The translations under genes were made by a program, and so were the position numbers. Under the pieces are notes generated by a model. It made no database searches. It saw only the letters and a program-made list of their open reading frames with translations, and had not been told where the DNA came from. A stretch of 64,000 bases of DNA, taken from NCBI GenBank assembly GCA_023954815.1, contig JAGSHB010000005.1:11727-75726 (forward strand), read 5' to 3'. Below, piece after piece: positions 18,558 to 27,830 of this stretch; within the stretch, counting starts at the first letter, position 1, and the number at the start of each line of letters is the position of its first letter. Source of the stretch: Myxococcales bacterium. Lineage in GTDB: Bacteria; Myxococcota_A; UBA9042.

Positions 18558-19229
18558 ATGCCCGTCTGGAGAATCGCAGTGACCGCCGACCATCCTCTTC
18601 GCCGCCATCTTCTGACCACGCTCGCGATCATCTTGGTGGGCGGAACGCTGCTGCTGAGGCTGTGGCAAGGCGCTGCGACGGAAGATCGTGGTCGGCAAGT
18701 GGAGCGACTTCAGAGTGCGGCGAAGGCTGAGCAGACTGACACCGTCATCGATCTTACCAGGTTGGATGTGCCACTCGAGGCGATCCCGAGCTCCGGCGTA
18801 AAAGGGACGCACCCCTATCTCGCTGGCTTGCTCGCCGATCATCCCATTGTGCTACTCAATTTTTGGGCGTCCTGGTGCCCACCCTGCCTCGAGGAGTTGC
18901 GCTCGCTGCAGCACGCCGCCCGCGTCTTGGCGCCCTTTGGCGTGCAGGTTGTGGCCGTGAGCTACGATGATGATTGGTTGGCCCAGATTCGGGTATTCAA
19001 GGAGTTGCTCGGTACCGCGACGCCGCCCCACGTGCTGTGGCTCAGAGATCCCCAGGGGCAAGACGGACAGACCGCCAAGATGATGCGCACGGCGCTGGGC
19101 ACCGACAAGCTTCCCGAGACTTGGGTCCTACAGGGCGACAAGGTGGTCTCCCGTTTCGTCGGCGCCCAGGACTGGTCCGCAGATGCGACGATGCGCTATC
19201 TCATCGCGCTCGCTCAGGCCGCAAAATGA
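18558..19229 (+). CDS. TlpA/ResA-like thioredoxin-fold thiol:disulfide oxidoreductase, membrane anchored
   Basis: The WASWCPPC active site is present with an N-terminal TM helix. ATG 18558 is one candidate start. GTG 18579, with GGAG 7 nt upstream, is an alternative. Confidence 0.7.
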   Translation: MPVWRIAVTADHPLRRHLLTTLAIILVGGTLLLRLWQGAATEDRGRQVERLQSAAKAEQTDTVIDLTRLDVPLEAIPSSGVKGTHPYLAGLLADHPIVLLNFWASWCPPCLEELRSLQHAARVLAPFGVQVVAVSYDDDWLAQIRVFKELLGTATPPHVLWLRDPQGQDGQTAKMMRTALGTDKLPETWVLQGDKVVSRFVGAQDWSADATMRYLIALAQAAK

Positions 19230-20170
19230 CTGAAAATCCGGGCGCTGCGGACGAGAGCGGCCACGGATCGCCGGCTGCGGATGACGGGCTTGTTGAAGCC
19301 GTGCTCGTTGTCCCGAAAGGGCTCGTGCCAGCCATTTTGGTCGTGATGGTGATCATCGCAGCCTGGGCCATCTTGGTACCGGCTCCGCTCCATCCACTGG
19401 CCCGTCCCGATCTCACCCTCAATTCCTGGCGTGACGGCGCGGCGCGACTGGCAGAGCAGCGAACAGCAACCCTGCGATCCACGCCGAAGTTGCCCGGGGA
19501 AGAGCAGATCGCGCACGACTTTGCGCTATGGCTGGCCCTTGAATCGACCCGCGGCACCGCTGACGTCGCTACCGATCCACGCGCCCGGCAGCAACTGGCG
19601 GCGCTGGAAGAGCGGGTTCGCAACTTTGGTATCGCCCACGACCGAGGGGGACTGGCAGCTGCGGCGATGCGCTGGGCTAGGCAGGTCCGCTTGGAGGTCG
19701 ATCAGGTAGGGGCGCCTCCTACAAAGGGCCATCGCTCCATCGCTCCAGGGCTGTCAAAGGCCCTGTCGGGGTCCGGTGTCACAAGGTGGAGGTCTCCTGA
19801 TGGGCACCTATCGCCAGCTGCGGCGCTCGTTGTCGAAGGGGTCGCCGAGCAACGCTATCTCGCGCTGGCGCGACGCCTGCCACACCCTCGGCCCCAAGTG
19901 GGGTCGGGGCTGCAGAACCTGCTGTTGCGCTTCCGTGTCGAGGCCCACACTGGCCTGTCGCTTCGTCGCCGCCTGCAGCTCGCCGAAGAGCTGACGGAGC
20001 GCGATCCAGCGTGGCCCCGCTCCTACGCGACTGCAGTCTTGATGGCGCGTGCGCGGCGCTTTCGGGCGGCCAAGGCGTGGTTTACGCGGGCGGCAAATGA
20101 GGGCGAGCAGGCTACGCAGGCGCGCCGAAACGCGCGCTGGTGTCGCCAGCAACTCAGGCGGCAGCGCTAG
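19226..20170 (+). CDS. Hypothetical single-pass membrane protein
   Basis: ATG 19226 overlaps the tlpA-like stop (ATGA). The TM helix is VPAILVVMVIIAAWAILV. There is no domain match. Confidence 0.45.
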   Translation: MTENPGAADESGHGSPAADDGLVEAVLVVPKGLVPAILVVMVIIAAWAILVPAPLHPLARPDLTLNSWRDGAARLAEQRTATLRSTPKLPGEEQIAHDFALWLALESTRGTADVATDPRARQQLAALEERVRNFGIAHDRGGLAAAAMRWARQVRLEVDQVGAPPTKGHRSIAPGLSKALSGSGVTRWRSPDGHLSPAAALVVEGVAEQRYLALARRLPHPRPQVGSGLQNLLLRFRVEAHTGLSLRRRLQLAEELTERDPAWPRSYATAVLMARARRFRAAKAWFTRAANEGEQATQARRNARWCRQQLRRQR

Positions 20171-20207
20171 CTTCAGCGATGGAAGGGGGCGTCGGCAGCA
20201 GCCCGCG

Positions 20208-21707
20208 TCACACGCCCATGGCCCGCGCGAGTTGTGTCACAGCTTGCCGGAACTCTTCGCCGCGGTGGGCATAGCTCTTGAAAGCATCAAAACTCGCACA
20301 CGCAGGACTCAGCAGCACCACGCCCCCCTCACCGGCCGCCTGCAGCGCCATGGGTACGGCCGCATGGAGCGTCGGGGCGTGTTGGATGGGTGGGGTTGGG
20401 CCAGCCGTACGAAGGGCCTGCTCGATTCGCGTGGCCGTGGCGCCAGCGAGAATCACGGCATCCGCACGTGCGTTGACCACGGCGGCGAGCTCATCAAATG
20501 AGGCATCCTTTTCGCTACCGCCACCGATCCAGACCAGCCGTTGGCCGACTGGTACCTCTGTTCCCAACAGGCCGGCGATCGCTGCGTGCGGATTCGTAGC
20601 TTTCGAGTCGTTGATGAAGCGCACACCACCAATATTGCCCACTGGCTCGCAGCGATGGGGCGGTGGGGCGAAGGAGCGCAGACCCAGGCGAATCTCCGAT
20701 GGGCTCAACCCCAGTGCCGTAGCGGCCGCAGCGGCTGCGAGGGCGTTGTCTTGGTTGTGAATCCCACCCCAGGGGCGCTCGCCATCGGCGCCGAGCTCTC
20801 CCATCTCACAGAAGGCCGACGTGCCCGCCGGTCCAACTCGAATGAGACGCTCTCCATCCGCTGTGAACCCGGATTCTAGGGCTCTTCGTGCAGAAAATGA
20901 CCAGAATCGGGCGCCGGTCGGCTGCTGATCTTTGTGCTGGCTGGCATAGGCCGTCAGCCGAGGGTCGACGCCGTTGTAGACGATGACATCGCCAGCACCA
21001 CTGCGCTGACATACCGCGAGCTTGGCCGCTGCATAGGCCTCAAAATCGCCGCCAAAGTAGTCGAGGTGATCGGGTGCAATATTGGTCAGCACGGCGACGC
21101 GCGGGCGAAACAGGGGCGCGGTAATCAACTGAAAAGCGCTGACCTCTGCGACGACGATGGCCTGGGGACCGAGCGAATCGATGTGGTTGCACAAGGGCTC
21201 GCCGATGTTGCCAGCGAGCAAGACTTCATGGCCCGCCTTTTCGAACAACTCCGCGATGAGGCTGGCAGTGGTCGTCTTTCCGTCCGTGCCGGTGATGGCA
21301 ACGATAGGGTGACCGAGCCCGTCGTTGGCGGCGCGGTCCAGCCGATAAAACAGCTCAATCTCACCAATGATGAGGGCTGCGGACGCACGCGCGCGGCGAA
21401 ATGTGGGGGTGGTTGGCCCGATTCCTGGGCTCAGTACGGCGATTTCACCGGGCCGGGCGACGTACGGGGAGCCACATCTCGCGGTGACCCGTGGGTCGAG
21501 CTTGGCGACTTGGCTCGCTATGCGTTCATGGGGTTGGTCGTCCCACGCCATGACGTCGGCACCGCGGCGTGCGAGCGCGTTGGCTGCGGCGACGCCGCTG
21601 CGACCGAGCCCGAGTACCGCGAAACTCGCTCCTTCGACCGATCGCCATACCGCGCTTGCGGCGAGCTCATCGGCCTCAGGGACGGCATGTCGTTCCGAGG
21701 CGCTCAC
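20208..21707 (-). CDS. murD: UDP-N-acetylmuramoyl-L-alanine--D-glutamate ligase
   Basis: VLGLGRSG, ITGTDGKTTT and the Mur ligase middle and C-terminal domains (GNIG..., DSKATN) are present. Confidence 0.85.
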   Translation of the reverse strand: MSASERHAVPEADELAASAVWRSVEGASFAVLGLGRSGVAAANALARRGADVMAWDDQPHERIASQVAKLDPRVTARCGSPYVARPGEIAVLSPGIGPTTPTFRRARASAALIIGEIELFYRLDRAANDGLGHPIVAITGTDGKTTTASLIAELFEKAGHEVLLAGNIGEPLCNHIDSLGPQAIVVAEVSAFQLITAPLFRPRVAVLTNIAPDHLDYFGGDFEAYAAAKLAVCQRSGAGDVIVYNGVDPRLTAYASQHKDQQPTGARFWSFSARRALESGFTADGERLIRVGPAGTSAFCEMGELGADGERPWGGIHNQDNALAAAAAATALGLSPSEIRLGLRSFAPPPHRCEPVGNIGGVRFINDSKATNPHAAIAGLLGTEVPVGQRLVWIGGGSEKDASFDELAAVVNARADAVILAGATATRIEQALRTAGPTPPIQHAPTLHAAVPMALQAAGEGGVVLLSPACASFDAFKSYAHRGEEFRQAVTQLARAMGV

Positions 21708-23098
21708 GCGTGGCCGCCGCGCTGAGCGACGTAACTATCGGCGACTTCGAACAGATCATCACCGCCAAAGAACAGCACTGTGGCGGGCGCTGCGACGTGA
21801 TCACCCAGCCAACTCGGAATGCGCTCGAGCTCGTGCACGTAGGTCACCTCGTCACACTGCTCGCGGATGCGACGACAGAGCATGTCGGTGTCTGTGCCCG
21901 GAATCGGGACCTCTCCGGCGGTGTACAGCTCCGTCACCACCACACGATCGGCATCTTTGAACGCCAGCGCGTAATCATCTTGTAGGTAGTGGATCATGGT
22001 GAAGCGATAGGGCTTGAACACCGCCACCACCTCGCCGTCGGCCTGACCCCGCGCGGCCTGTAGCACGCGGCGAATCCCGGTCGGGTGACTGATGTAATCC
22101 TTGACCACTTCAACACCGTTGGCATCGACCAAGGTGAAGCGATTTTCGAGGCCCTTATACTGAGGGGCTGCCTGCTGCACGGTCTCAAATGGCACACCGA
22201 CTTCGAGGGCGATGGCCATGGCGCCGAGCACGTTGGAGGCGTTGTAATCCCCTGGCAACGAGATCGCGACCGGACCGAGCGCGCCCTGCTCCCGATGGAC
22301 CAAATCGAAGGAGCCGCGCATGCGATGGTTGTTGAGGTTGATGCCGCGGTAGTCAGCGTCTTCGCTCTCGAAACCGAAGCCGACCACGCGCACACCACGC
22401 TCTCTAAGCGGGCTGAGCTGCGCGTAGATCTTGCGCGCACCCGGGTCATCGATGTTGATGACTGCCAACTCCAACCGCGGATTATCAAGGAAAAAGCGCA
22501 AAACCAGCTGCTCGAGCTGGGCCCAATCCTTGTAGTAGTTGAGGTGGTCGAGTTCGAGGTTGTTCAAGATGGCGACGGTCGGCTGAGAGTTGATCAGCGA
22601 GCCGTCGCTCTCGTCGACTTCAGCGACCATCCACGTATCGCCGTCGCGGGCGTTGTTGTTGTAGTTGAGCAGCAGGCCACCAATGATGTAGCCCGGCTCG
22701 TGCCCGCCTGCGTCGAGCAGCCAAGTTGTCGCCCCGCTAACGGTGCCCTTGCCGTGGGTGCCAATGACGCCGACCGACTGGCGCTCCTGCAGCAGCCTGC
22801 CCAGCACTTCAGAACGATGAACCACCTCCATGCCCTGGGCGCGTGCGGCGACCAGCTCTGGATTGGTCTCCGGAATCGCCGTACTGACGACGACCGTATC
22901 CACACCTGCGAGATGAGCGGCATCGTGGCCGATATGCACCCCGATTCCGAGGTCTCTCAGCGCCAACGTGAGCTGACTTTCGCGTACGTCACTGCCCTGT
23001 ACCTTGGCTCCCCGGCTGTGGAGCAATCGCGCGACCGCTGAGACGCCGATGCCGCCGATTCCAATCAAGTGCCAGGTTCCTGAAATTCCGGTGCTCAC
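21704..23098 (-). CDS. murC: UDP-N-acetylmuramate--L-alanine ligase
   Basis: HLIGIGGIGVS, VIGTHGKGTVS and the Mur ligase domains are present. The start is GTG 23098, with AGGAGG 5 nt upstream. The stop overlaps the murD start. Confidence 0.85.
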   Translation of the reverse strand: MSTGISGTWHLIGIGGIGVSAVARLLHSRGAKVQGSDVRESQLTLALRDLGIGVHIGHDAAHLAGVDTVVVSTAIPETNPELVAARAQGMEVVHRSEVLGRLLQERQSVGVIGTHGKGTVSGATTWLLDAGGHEPGYIIGGLLLNYNNNARDGDTWMVAEVDESDGSLINSQPTVAILNNLELDHLNYYKDWAQLEQLVLRFFLDNPRLELAVINIDDPGARKIYAQLSPLRERGVRVVGFGFESEDADYRGINLNNHRMRGSFDLVHREQGALGPVAISLPGDYNASNVLGAMAIALEVGVPFETVQQAAPQYKGLENRFTLVDANGVEVVKDYISHPTGIRRVLQAARGQADGEVVAVFKPYRFTMIHYLQDDYALAFKDADRVVVTELYTAGEVPIPGTDTDMLCRRIREQCDEVTYVHELERIPSWLGDHVAAPATVLFFGGDDLFEVADSYVAQRGGHA

Positions 23099-23127
23099 TG
23101 CGGCCTCCTGCAAAGCGCCCTCGGATG

Positions 23128-24120
23128 TCACCGCGGGTTGCCTGTTGCGTCTAGCAGGGCCTTGGCGCGAAGTCGAATCCATGGGCTCCGGTGGGACTCC
23201 GAGGTGCGTCGTATCAGGGACTTAGCCTTGGGGCCGCCAATATCCGACAGCGCCAATAGCGCGGCGTCCGTCACCTCTGTTGGTGCGCCATCGAGACGTC
23301 TAGCGAGGATGGGGATGGACCGAGCCTGCCCCAACCGACCCAGTGTTGCGCACGCGACGACAGCGATGTTGCTCAGAGACGCACTGGCGGCGTGCTCGAC
23401 CGCCTCCACCTGCGCCATCAGCCCACGCTCGCCGACTTCCAAAATCGCCGCGGCCCTGCGCCATCTGTGCTTGTCCTTGAGGGCTGCTACCACGTCCGTG
23501 TCCGGACGATGACGGATCCACAGTTGCCCCGTAGCTCGCTGCGTCGCGATGGTCATGGCCGCGATCATGCGCATCTTCACGCGTCTGCGGGCGCCATCCA
23601 AATCTGACTTCACCAAGGGGCTGAAGGCCTCGACCGTGCTACGAGCGATGTCCGGCTTGCCGGTTGGACCCGCCCGCTCCGCGTGGGCCGTCACCGATAC
23701 GTACAACTGCGCGCCTTTTGCAGCTGAATCCGGGCGAATCCAGCCTTTATTCGCGCCAGTCGCGCCAGTCGCGCCATATTCGACACCAATTGCGAGACCG
23801 ATCTTGCCCAGCGGAGGCGTCCGCTCACATCGTCCGGGGCCCCGCGGTACGTCTAGTTCATGCACTCGGCGGAGCGCGACTGCGGCAAGGGTGACATCCA
23901 GCGGCAACCCAGGGAGGCGCCGCGATTTGGGTGTGTTCTGTTCGAGCTGCAACGCCATGACACAGAAGCGCTCAACTTCCGCCGTCTTTGGGGTGCGGGG
24001 TTGTTGCGTGGGTGGTTGGCTGGGCGAATGAACAACCGGCTTTTTTTCTTCGCAGCCCGAAGACGCGACGAGCACGGTCACTAGCGCCAGCATCAAGCCC
24101 GTACGTCTGGGCGGCGTCAC
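23128..24120 (-). CDS. Lipoprotein with C-terminal HEAT-like repeats
   Basis: Signal peptide plus LVASSGC lipobox. C-terminal HEAT-like helices are present. The start overlaps the stop of the upstream helicase gene by 4 nt. Confidence 0.5.
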   Translation of the reverse strand: MTPPRRTGLMLALVTVLVASSGCEEKKPVVHSPSQPPTQQPRTPKTAEVERFCVMALQLEQNTPKSRRLPGLPLDVTLAAVALRRVHELDVPRGPGRCERTPPLGKIGLAIGVEYGATGATGANKGWIRPDSAAKGAQLYVSVTAHAERAGPTGKPDIARSTVEAFSPLVKSDLDGARRRVKMRMIAAMTIATQRATGQLWIRHRPDTDVVAALKDKHRWRRAAAILEVGERGLMAQVEAVEHAASASLSNIAVVACATLGRLGQARSIPILARRLDGAPTEVTDAALLALSDIGGPKAKSLIRRTSESHRSPWIRLRAKALLDATGNPR

Positions 24121-25811
24121 GATTGTGACTCAGGCCCGGGGAGGGCGTCTTCCAAGACGATCAAGTGGTTCATCGCTCTGGACGCACCCACATAAAATAG
24201 CGCACGGGAGCGTTTGGCCTGATTGAGTTCAGTCAAAATCACGACGCGCGCTTCCAGTCCTTTGAATGCATAGACCGAGCTGAGGCGCACCACGCCAGGG
24301 CCGCCATCTTTGCTGATCACCGCAGGACCGACGGGCTGTGCTAGGGCCGCCACTGCAGATCTGTCTGGATTCCGCCCGGTCAGGATGACGATGTCTTCCG
24401 GCGCCAGCCCGCCGCCGTCGATCAACCGGCGCAAGACGCGACGCAGTACTTGCTCCAGCCCCGCAGCCATCCGTTCCACTTGAACGGGAACACCACTCGG
24501 AGAGGCGCACGGCGTCGCCCGCACGCGCGGTTCCGTCTTGCCGAGCCACCCGTGGATCGTCTTGGTGTTGCGCCAATTGGTCCGCAAGACGAGCGCTTCG
24601 GCGGCGCCCGGTACCGGGGGCTTGTGAGTCCGCAAGCACTGTCCGTCGTCATAAAATAGATAACGAATGGCGCGATCGCCGTCATGACAAAGGGCATCTA
24701 GCGCATCCCACCAGCGCGGCAGGAAGTCTTGGGCCTCATCGACGACGACCGCATCATACTGTGGCCCATCGAGCTGTGCGTGGTGTTTGAGTAGGTTGGG
24801 GAGGGTCTCATCGTAAAAGCGATTGACGGCGCCCGCCCCCGTCGGCGGTTGGCGTTGTTCCTGAGTCAAACCGGCGAAGTCGCAGCACAGCTCATGGAAG
24901 TGCATGGCGGTGATCGCCGGCTCTTGGGCTGTTTCTTCGCGCAAATAGTGGCCGAGCGCCTTGTTGTAGCAAGTGAGCAGAACCCGCTGACCACGCTGTG
25001 CCAGGGACCTCGCCTTGGCCAGCGCGAGAACGGTCTTACCCGTGCCAGCAGGTCCGTAGACCGTTAGGCGCCGCACCCGCGATAGCATCTCCAAGACGGC
25101 TGTCTGCTGGGTGCTGAGCGCCAGCATATCTGCGCGATCTGCATCGATTTGGTCGCGCAACCGCACCCGTACTTCCCGCGGCGCAACGAAGAGTTCCTCC
25201 ATGGCCCGCCACCACCAACGCGGTGACGCGTTGCCGCGGGCGGGCTGGCGCTCGTGCCAGTGGGAAAAAAGCTGGTCAAGACGGGCAGCGATGTCGTCCA
25301 ACCCTTGCCGGTCGATGATGCGACTCGCGGGTGCTTGGGGGGCCAGCCCTCGACTTCCGACAAAGGCATCAGGCAACACCAAGGCCCAGCCGACCATCGG
25401 CCGGGTGAGCGGCGCCGACGGCTGGCGGCCGAGCAATGTGCCCAGGCCATGGGCGTAGGTGTCCAAGAGGGTCGTGGGATCAGGGATGGCGCTCGTGCCT
25501 GACCGCCAGCGATCGCCGTGGGGATCATAGGCGAGGCCACCTGGGTGAACCGCAAGCAGCAGCAGCCCCTTATCAGGGTCAGCGACGAGGAAAGAACATT
25601 GGCCGTCTGGCGGAGGCGTACCGGCGCCGACCCATTTGGCTTGGTGGATGACCATCGATGAGTCCGGGAGCGCGCGCGCAAGTCGTTCATACAGACGGCG
25701 CTCAACCGCACTGGCCTGTGCGCCTTTTCTTGCACCATTCGCTGGGACCATGCGTGCCACGGGTCGGAGCATAGCCTCCTCTCGCGCGTGGGTCATCCGC
25801 ATCGCGGTCAC
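24117..25811 (-). CDS. NERD-like nuclease domain fused to a UvrD/AAA_11-AAA_12-type superfamily-1 helicase
   Basis: The N-terminal NERD-like region reads DGQCSFLVADPDKGLLLLAVHPGG. Walker A is GPAGTGKT and Walker B is VVVDEAQD. A UvrD_C-like tail reads VYAFKGLEARVVIL...LFYVGASRAMNHLIVL. The true start may be internal (M at about 25751). Confidence 0.7.
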   Translation of the reverse strand: MTAMRMTHAREEAMLRPVARMVPANGARKGAQASAVERRLYERLARALPDSSMVIHQAKWVGAGTPPPDGQCSFLVADPDKGLLLLAVHPGGLAYDPHGDRWRSGTSAIPDPTTLLDTYAHGLGTLLGRQPSAPLTRPMVGWALVLPDAFVGSRGLAPQAPASRIIDRQGLDDIAARLDQLFSHWHERQPARGNASPRWWWRAMEELFVAPREVRVRLRDQIDADRADMLALSTQQTAVLEMLSRVRRLTVYGPAGTGKTVLALAKARSLAQRGQRVLLTCYNKALGHYLREETAQEPAITAMHFHELCCDFAGLTQEQRQPPTGAGAVNRFYDETLPNLLKHHAQLDGPQYDAVVVDEAQDFLPRWWDALDALCHDGDRAIRYLFYDDGQCLRTHKPPVPGAAEALVLRTNWRNTKTIHGWLGKTEPRVRATPCASPSGVPVQVERMAAGLEQVLRRVLRRLIDGGGLAPEDIVILTGRNPDRSAVAALAQPVGPAVISKDGGPGVVRLSSVYAFKGLEARVVILTELNQAKRSRALFYVGASRAMNHLIVLEDALPGPESQS

Positions 25812-25835
25812 GTGCGAGGGTCATCTAAATGCGCG

Positions 25836-27830
25836 TCATTCATCGGCGCTTGCGAGACCGCTGAGTTGATCGGCCAGCGTCTGATTTTTTGCTGCCACCG
25901 CCTCATCAACCAAATTCATGAGCCACGCCTTCGTCCGTTTTCGCCCTGACACCCAGATCCGCGCATGATCCAGCGCCTCGGGTGGATGGTTGGCTCGCAG
26001 GGCTGCGCGCGCCGCAGTTCGGTGGGCGCGGCGGTAGTCTGGTTGGGATTGCAGGGCGCGTTTACATAGCTCCAGCGCCTCGCCAGGGCGCCGCTGATTC
26101 ATTCGCAAAACCGCCAGATTATTGAGTGCAGGTGCGGATTCTGGCGCCCACTGCACTGCTCGTTCCAGAAAGTCATCTGCATCGGGAGAGCGGCGTCGCA
26201 GCAGCCAAGCTCCCCAAACCGTCGACCAGGCACCGAGCATTGCAGCCGTCGGCGTCCCAACTTTGCAGGAGCCTGCCCCCGTTCGCTCGCACGCCCGCTG
26301 TGCCGATTGCAGCGCTTGCTTGAGCCCAGCTGAGTGGGCGGCATCAGGCGCGCCGACCCAGATGCGATCCCACGGGTAGCCAGCGATCAAGTGATCGCCA
26401 ACTTGGGCATCTTCAAAGCCGTGACCCCGCTCCCAGAACACAGGTCCGCTTTGCAACGACGGTCGAAGCCAAGCCCCCAGCGCCGCCGCGCGGTCCTTGG
26501 TGGTCCGGGCGAGCCGCAGGAGCGCTGCGGCCTCCGAAAAATGGGGTTTTGGTAGCTGGTTCGCCATGCGGGGCGCACGCGTGAAGACGATTGGAATGCA
26601 TGGGCTATCCGGCCTGGCGCCGACAGCAGCCTGCTGCCAAATGCAGCTCGATGCGCGTTGATCGCCACTGGCCATGAGCAAACTGCCCGGCGGTGTATCG
26701 GCAAAGAGGTCATCGGCCAACACCGCCGCAGCCCGCAGATCGTCGTTGGGCGCCGCCTGCCACAGCGCCGCCGTGCGCAGCCCCAGCACAGCCAGCAGCG
26801 CCCCGGTGACGAGAACATAGCGCTTGTTTGGGTAGGCGTGTCGGCGGATCAGATGTGACGAACCAGCGACGAGCGCGTGCCAACCGAGCAAGCCAACACC
26901 GATCTCGCAGATGAGCCCCACCTGGCCGTCTCGCAGGCCCATGGGATTGAGTAGTACGGCGTAGAGGGCGTCGGTGACGCAGATGGCCAATGTGGCCACG
27001 CCCGTCACGCGTTGGTGCTTCAGCAGTAGCGCAGCCCCGGGGATGGCAGCCAGCATCAAAGGGCCCAGATCGCGCCATAGCTGCGCCAACAGCATCGCGC
27101 TCGCCTGGCCAACCCCTGCTCCCATGCGATGGGCGAAGGCCTGACGGATGCTCGCGGCCGTGAGATGCGCCCACAGCGCGTCGAAAGAACGTACATCACC
27201 CCACGACAGCGCCGGATTTCGCGCCGCCGCGAGCGGCAAATAGCCAAGACCAAGACCCGCGAGGAGCGCCACAACACACCCGAGGAGGACGCCTCTGGCC
27301 ACGGGCTCGCCGGCTCGCATTCGCCAAGCTGTGACAGCCAGGGCAGATAGCGCCGACAGGCCCGCAGATTCGACATGGATGAGCACACCGAGCCCGCCAA
27401 GCGCCCACAGTGCGCTGATGAGACGGTTGCCATGAAGGTGGGAGACAGCCGCGATGATCAACGCTGCGTGAAGCCAAACCCAGGGGTAGATCTCCGCCGC
27501 TCGCACATGGAGCGCGACGCTCGGGGCGAGCAGCGGCAGGAGCAACGCTCCCAGCCACGGCACGCCGCGCAAGGCGCCCGGGTTGAGTTGGCGCCACCAC
27601 AACCCACAAGCAGCGACCGCAGCGAGCATTCCAGCACCATGCATACGCATGCCGAGGGGCGCGATGGGAACGAGGATGAGCGGGTGGGTACCCAGGTGAA
27701 AGAGGGGGAACCCGGTCGGGTGGGGCACGCCCAGGATCGCCGCAGATGCAGCCAGCTCTCCAGAATCAAACCAAGCGACTGAGGGCGCGAGCAGCCACAC
27801 AAGGGCCGCGAGAGCGAGGCCGAAGATCAC
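25836..27830 (-). CDS. DUF2723/TMEM260-like polytopic membrane protein (putative GT-C glycosyltransferase) with C-terminal TPR domain
   Basis: The N-terminus AWFDSGELAASAAILGVPHPTGFPLF matches the DUF2723 signature DSGE...HPPGYPL. About 10 TMs are present, plus a C-terminal TPR reading ALNNLAVLRMNQRRPGEALELCKRALQSQPDY. Confidence 0.6.
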   Translation of the reverse strand: MIFGLALAALVWLLAPSVAWFDSGELAASAAILGVPHPTGFPLFHLGTHPLILVPIAPLGMRMHGAGMLAAVAACGLWWRQLNPGALRGVPWLGALLLPLLAPSVALHVRAAEIYPWVWLHAALIIAAVSHLHGNRLISALWALGGLGVLIHVESAGLSALSALAVTAWRMRAGEPVARGVLLGCVVALLAGLGLGYLPLAAARNPALSWGDVRSFDALWAHLTAASIRQAFAHRMGAGVGQASAMLLAQLWRDLGPLMLAAIPGAALLLKHQRVTGVATLAICVTDALYAVLLNPMGLRDGQVGLICEIGVGLLGWHALVAGSSHLIRRHAYPNKRYVLVTGALLAVLGLRTAALWQAAPNDDLRAAAVLADDLFADTPPGSLLMASGDQRASSCIWQQAAVGARPDSPCIPIVFTRAPRMANQLPKPHFSEAAALLRLARTTKDRAAALGAWLRPSLQSGPVFWERGHGFEDAQVGDHLIAGYPWDRIWVGAPDAAHSAGLKQALQSAQRACERTGAGSCKVGTPTAAMLGAWSTVWGAWLLRRRSPDADDFLERAVQWAPESAPALNNLAVLRMNQRRPGEALELCKRALQSQPDYRRAHRTAARAALRANHPPEALDHARIWVSGRKRTKAWLMNLVDEAVAAKNQTLADQLSGLASADE

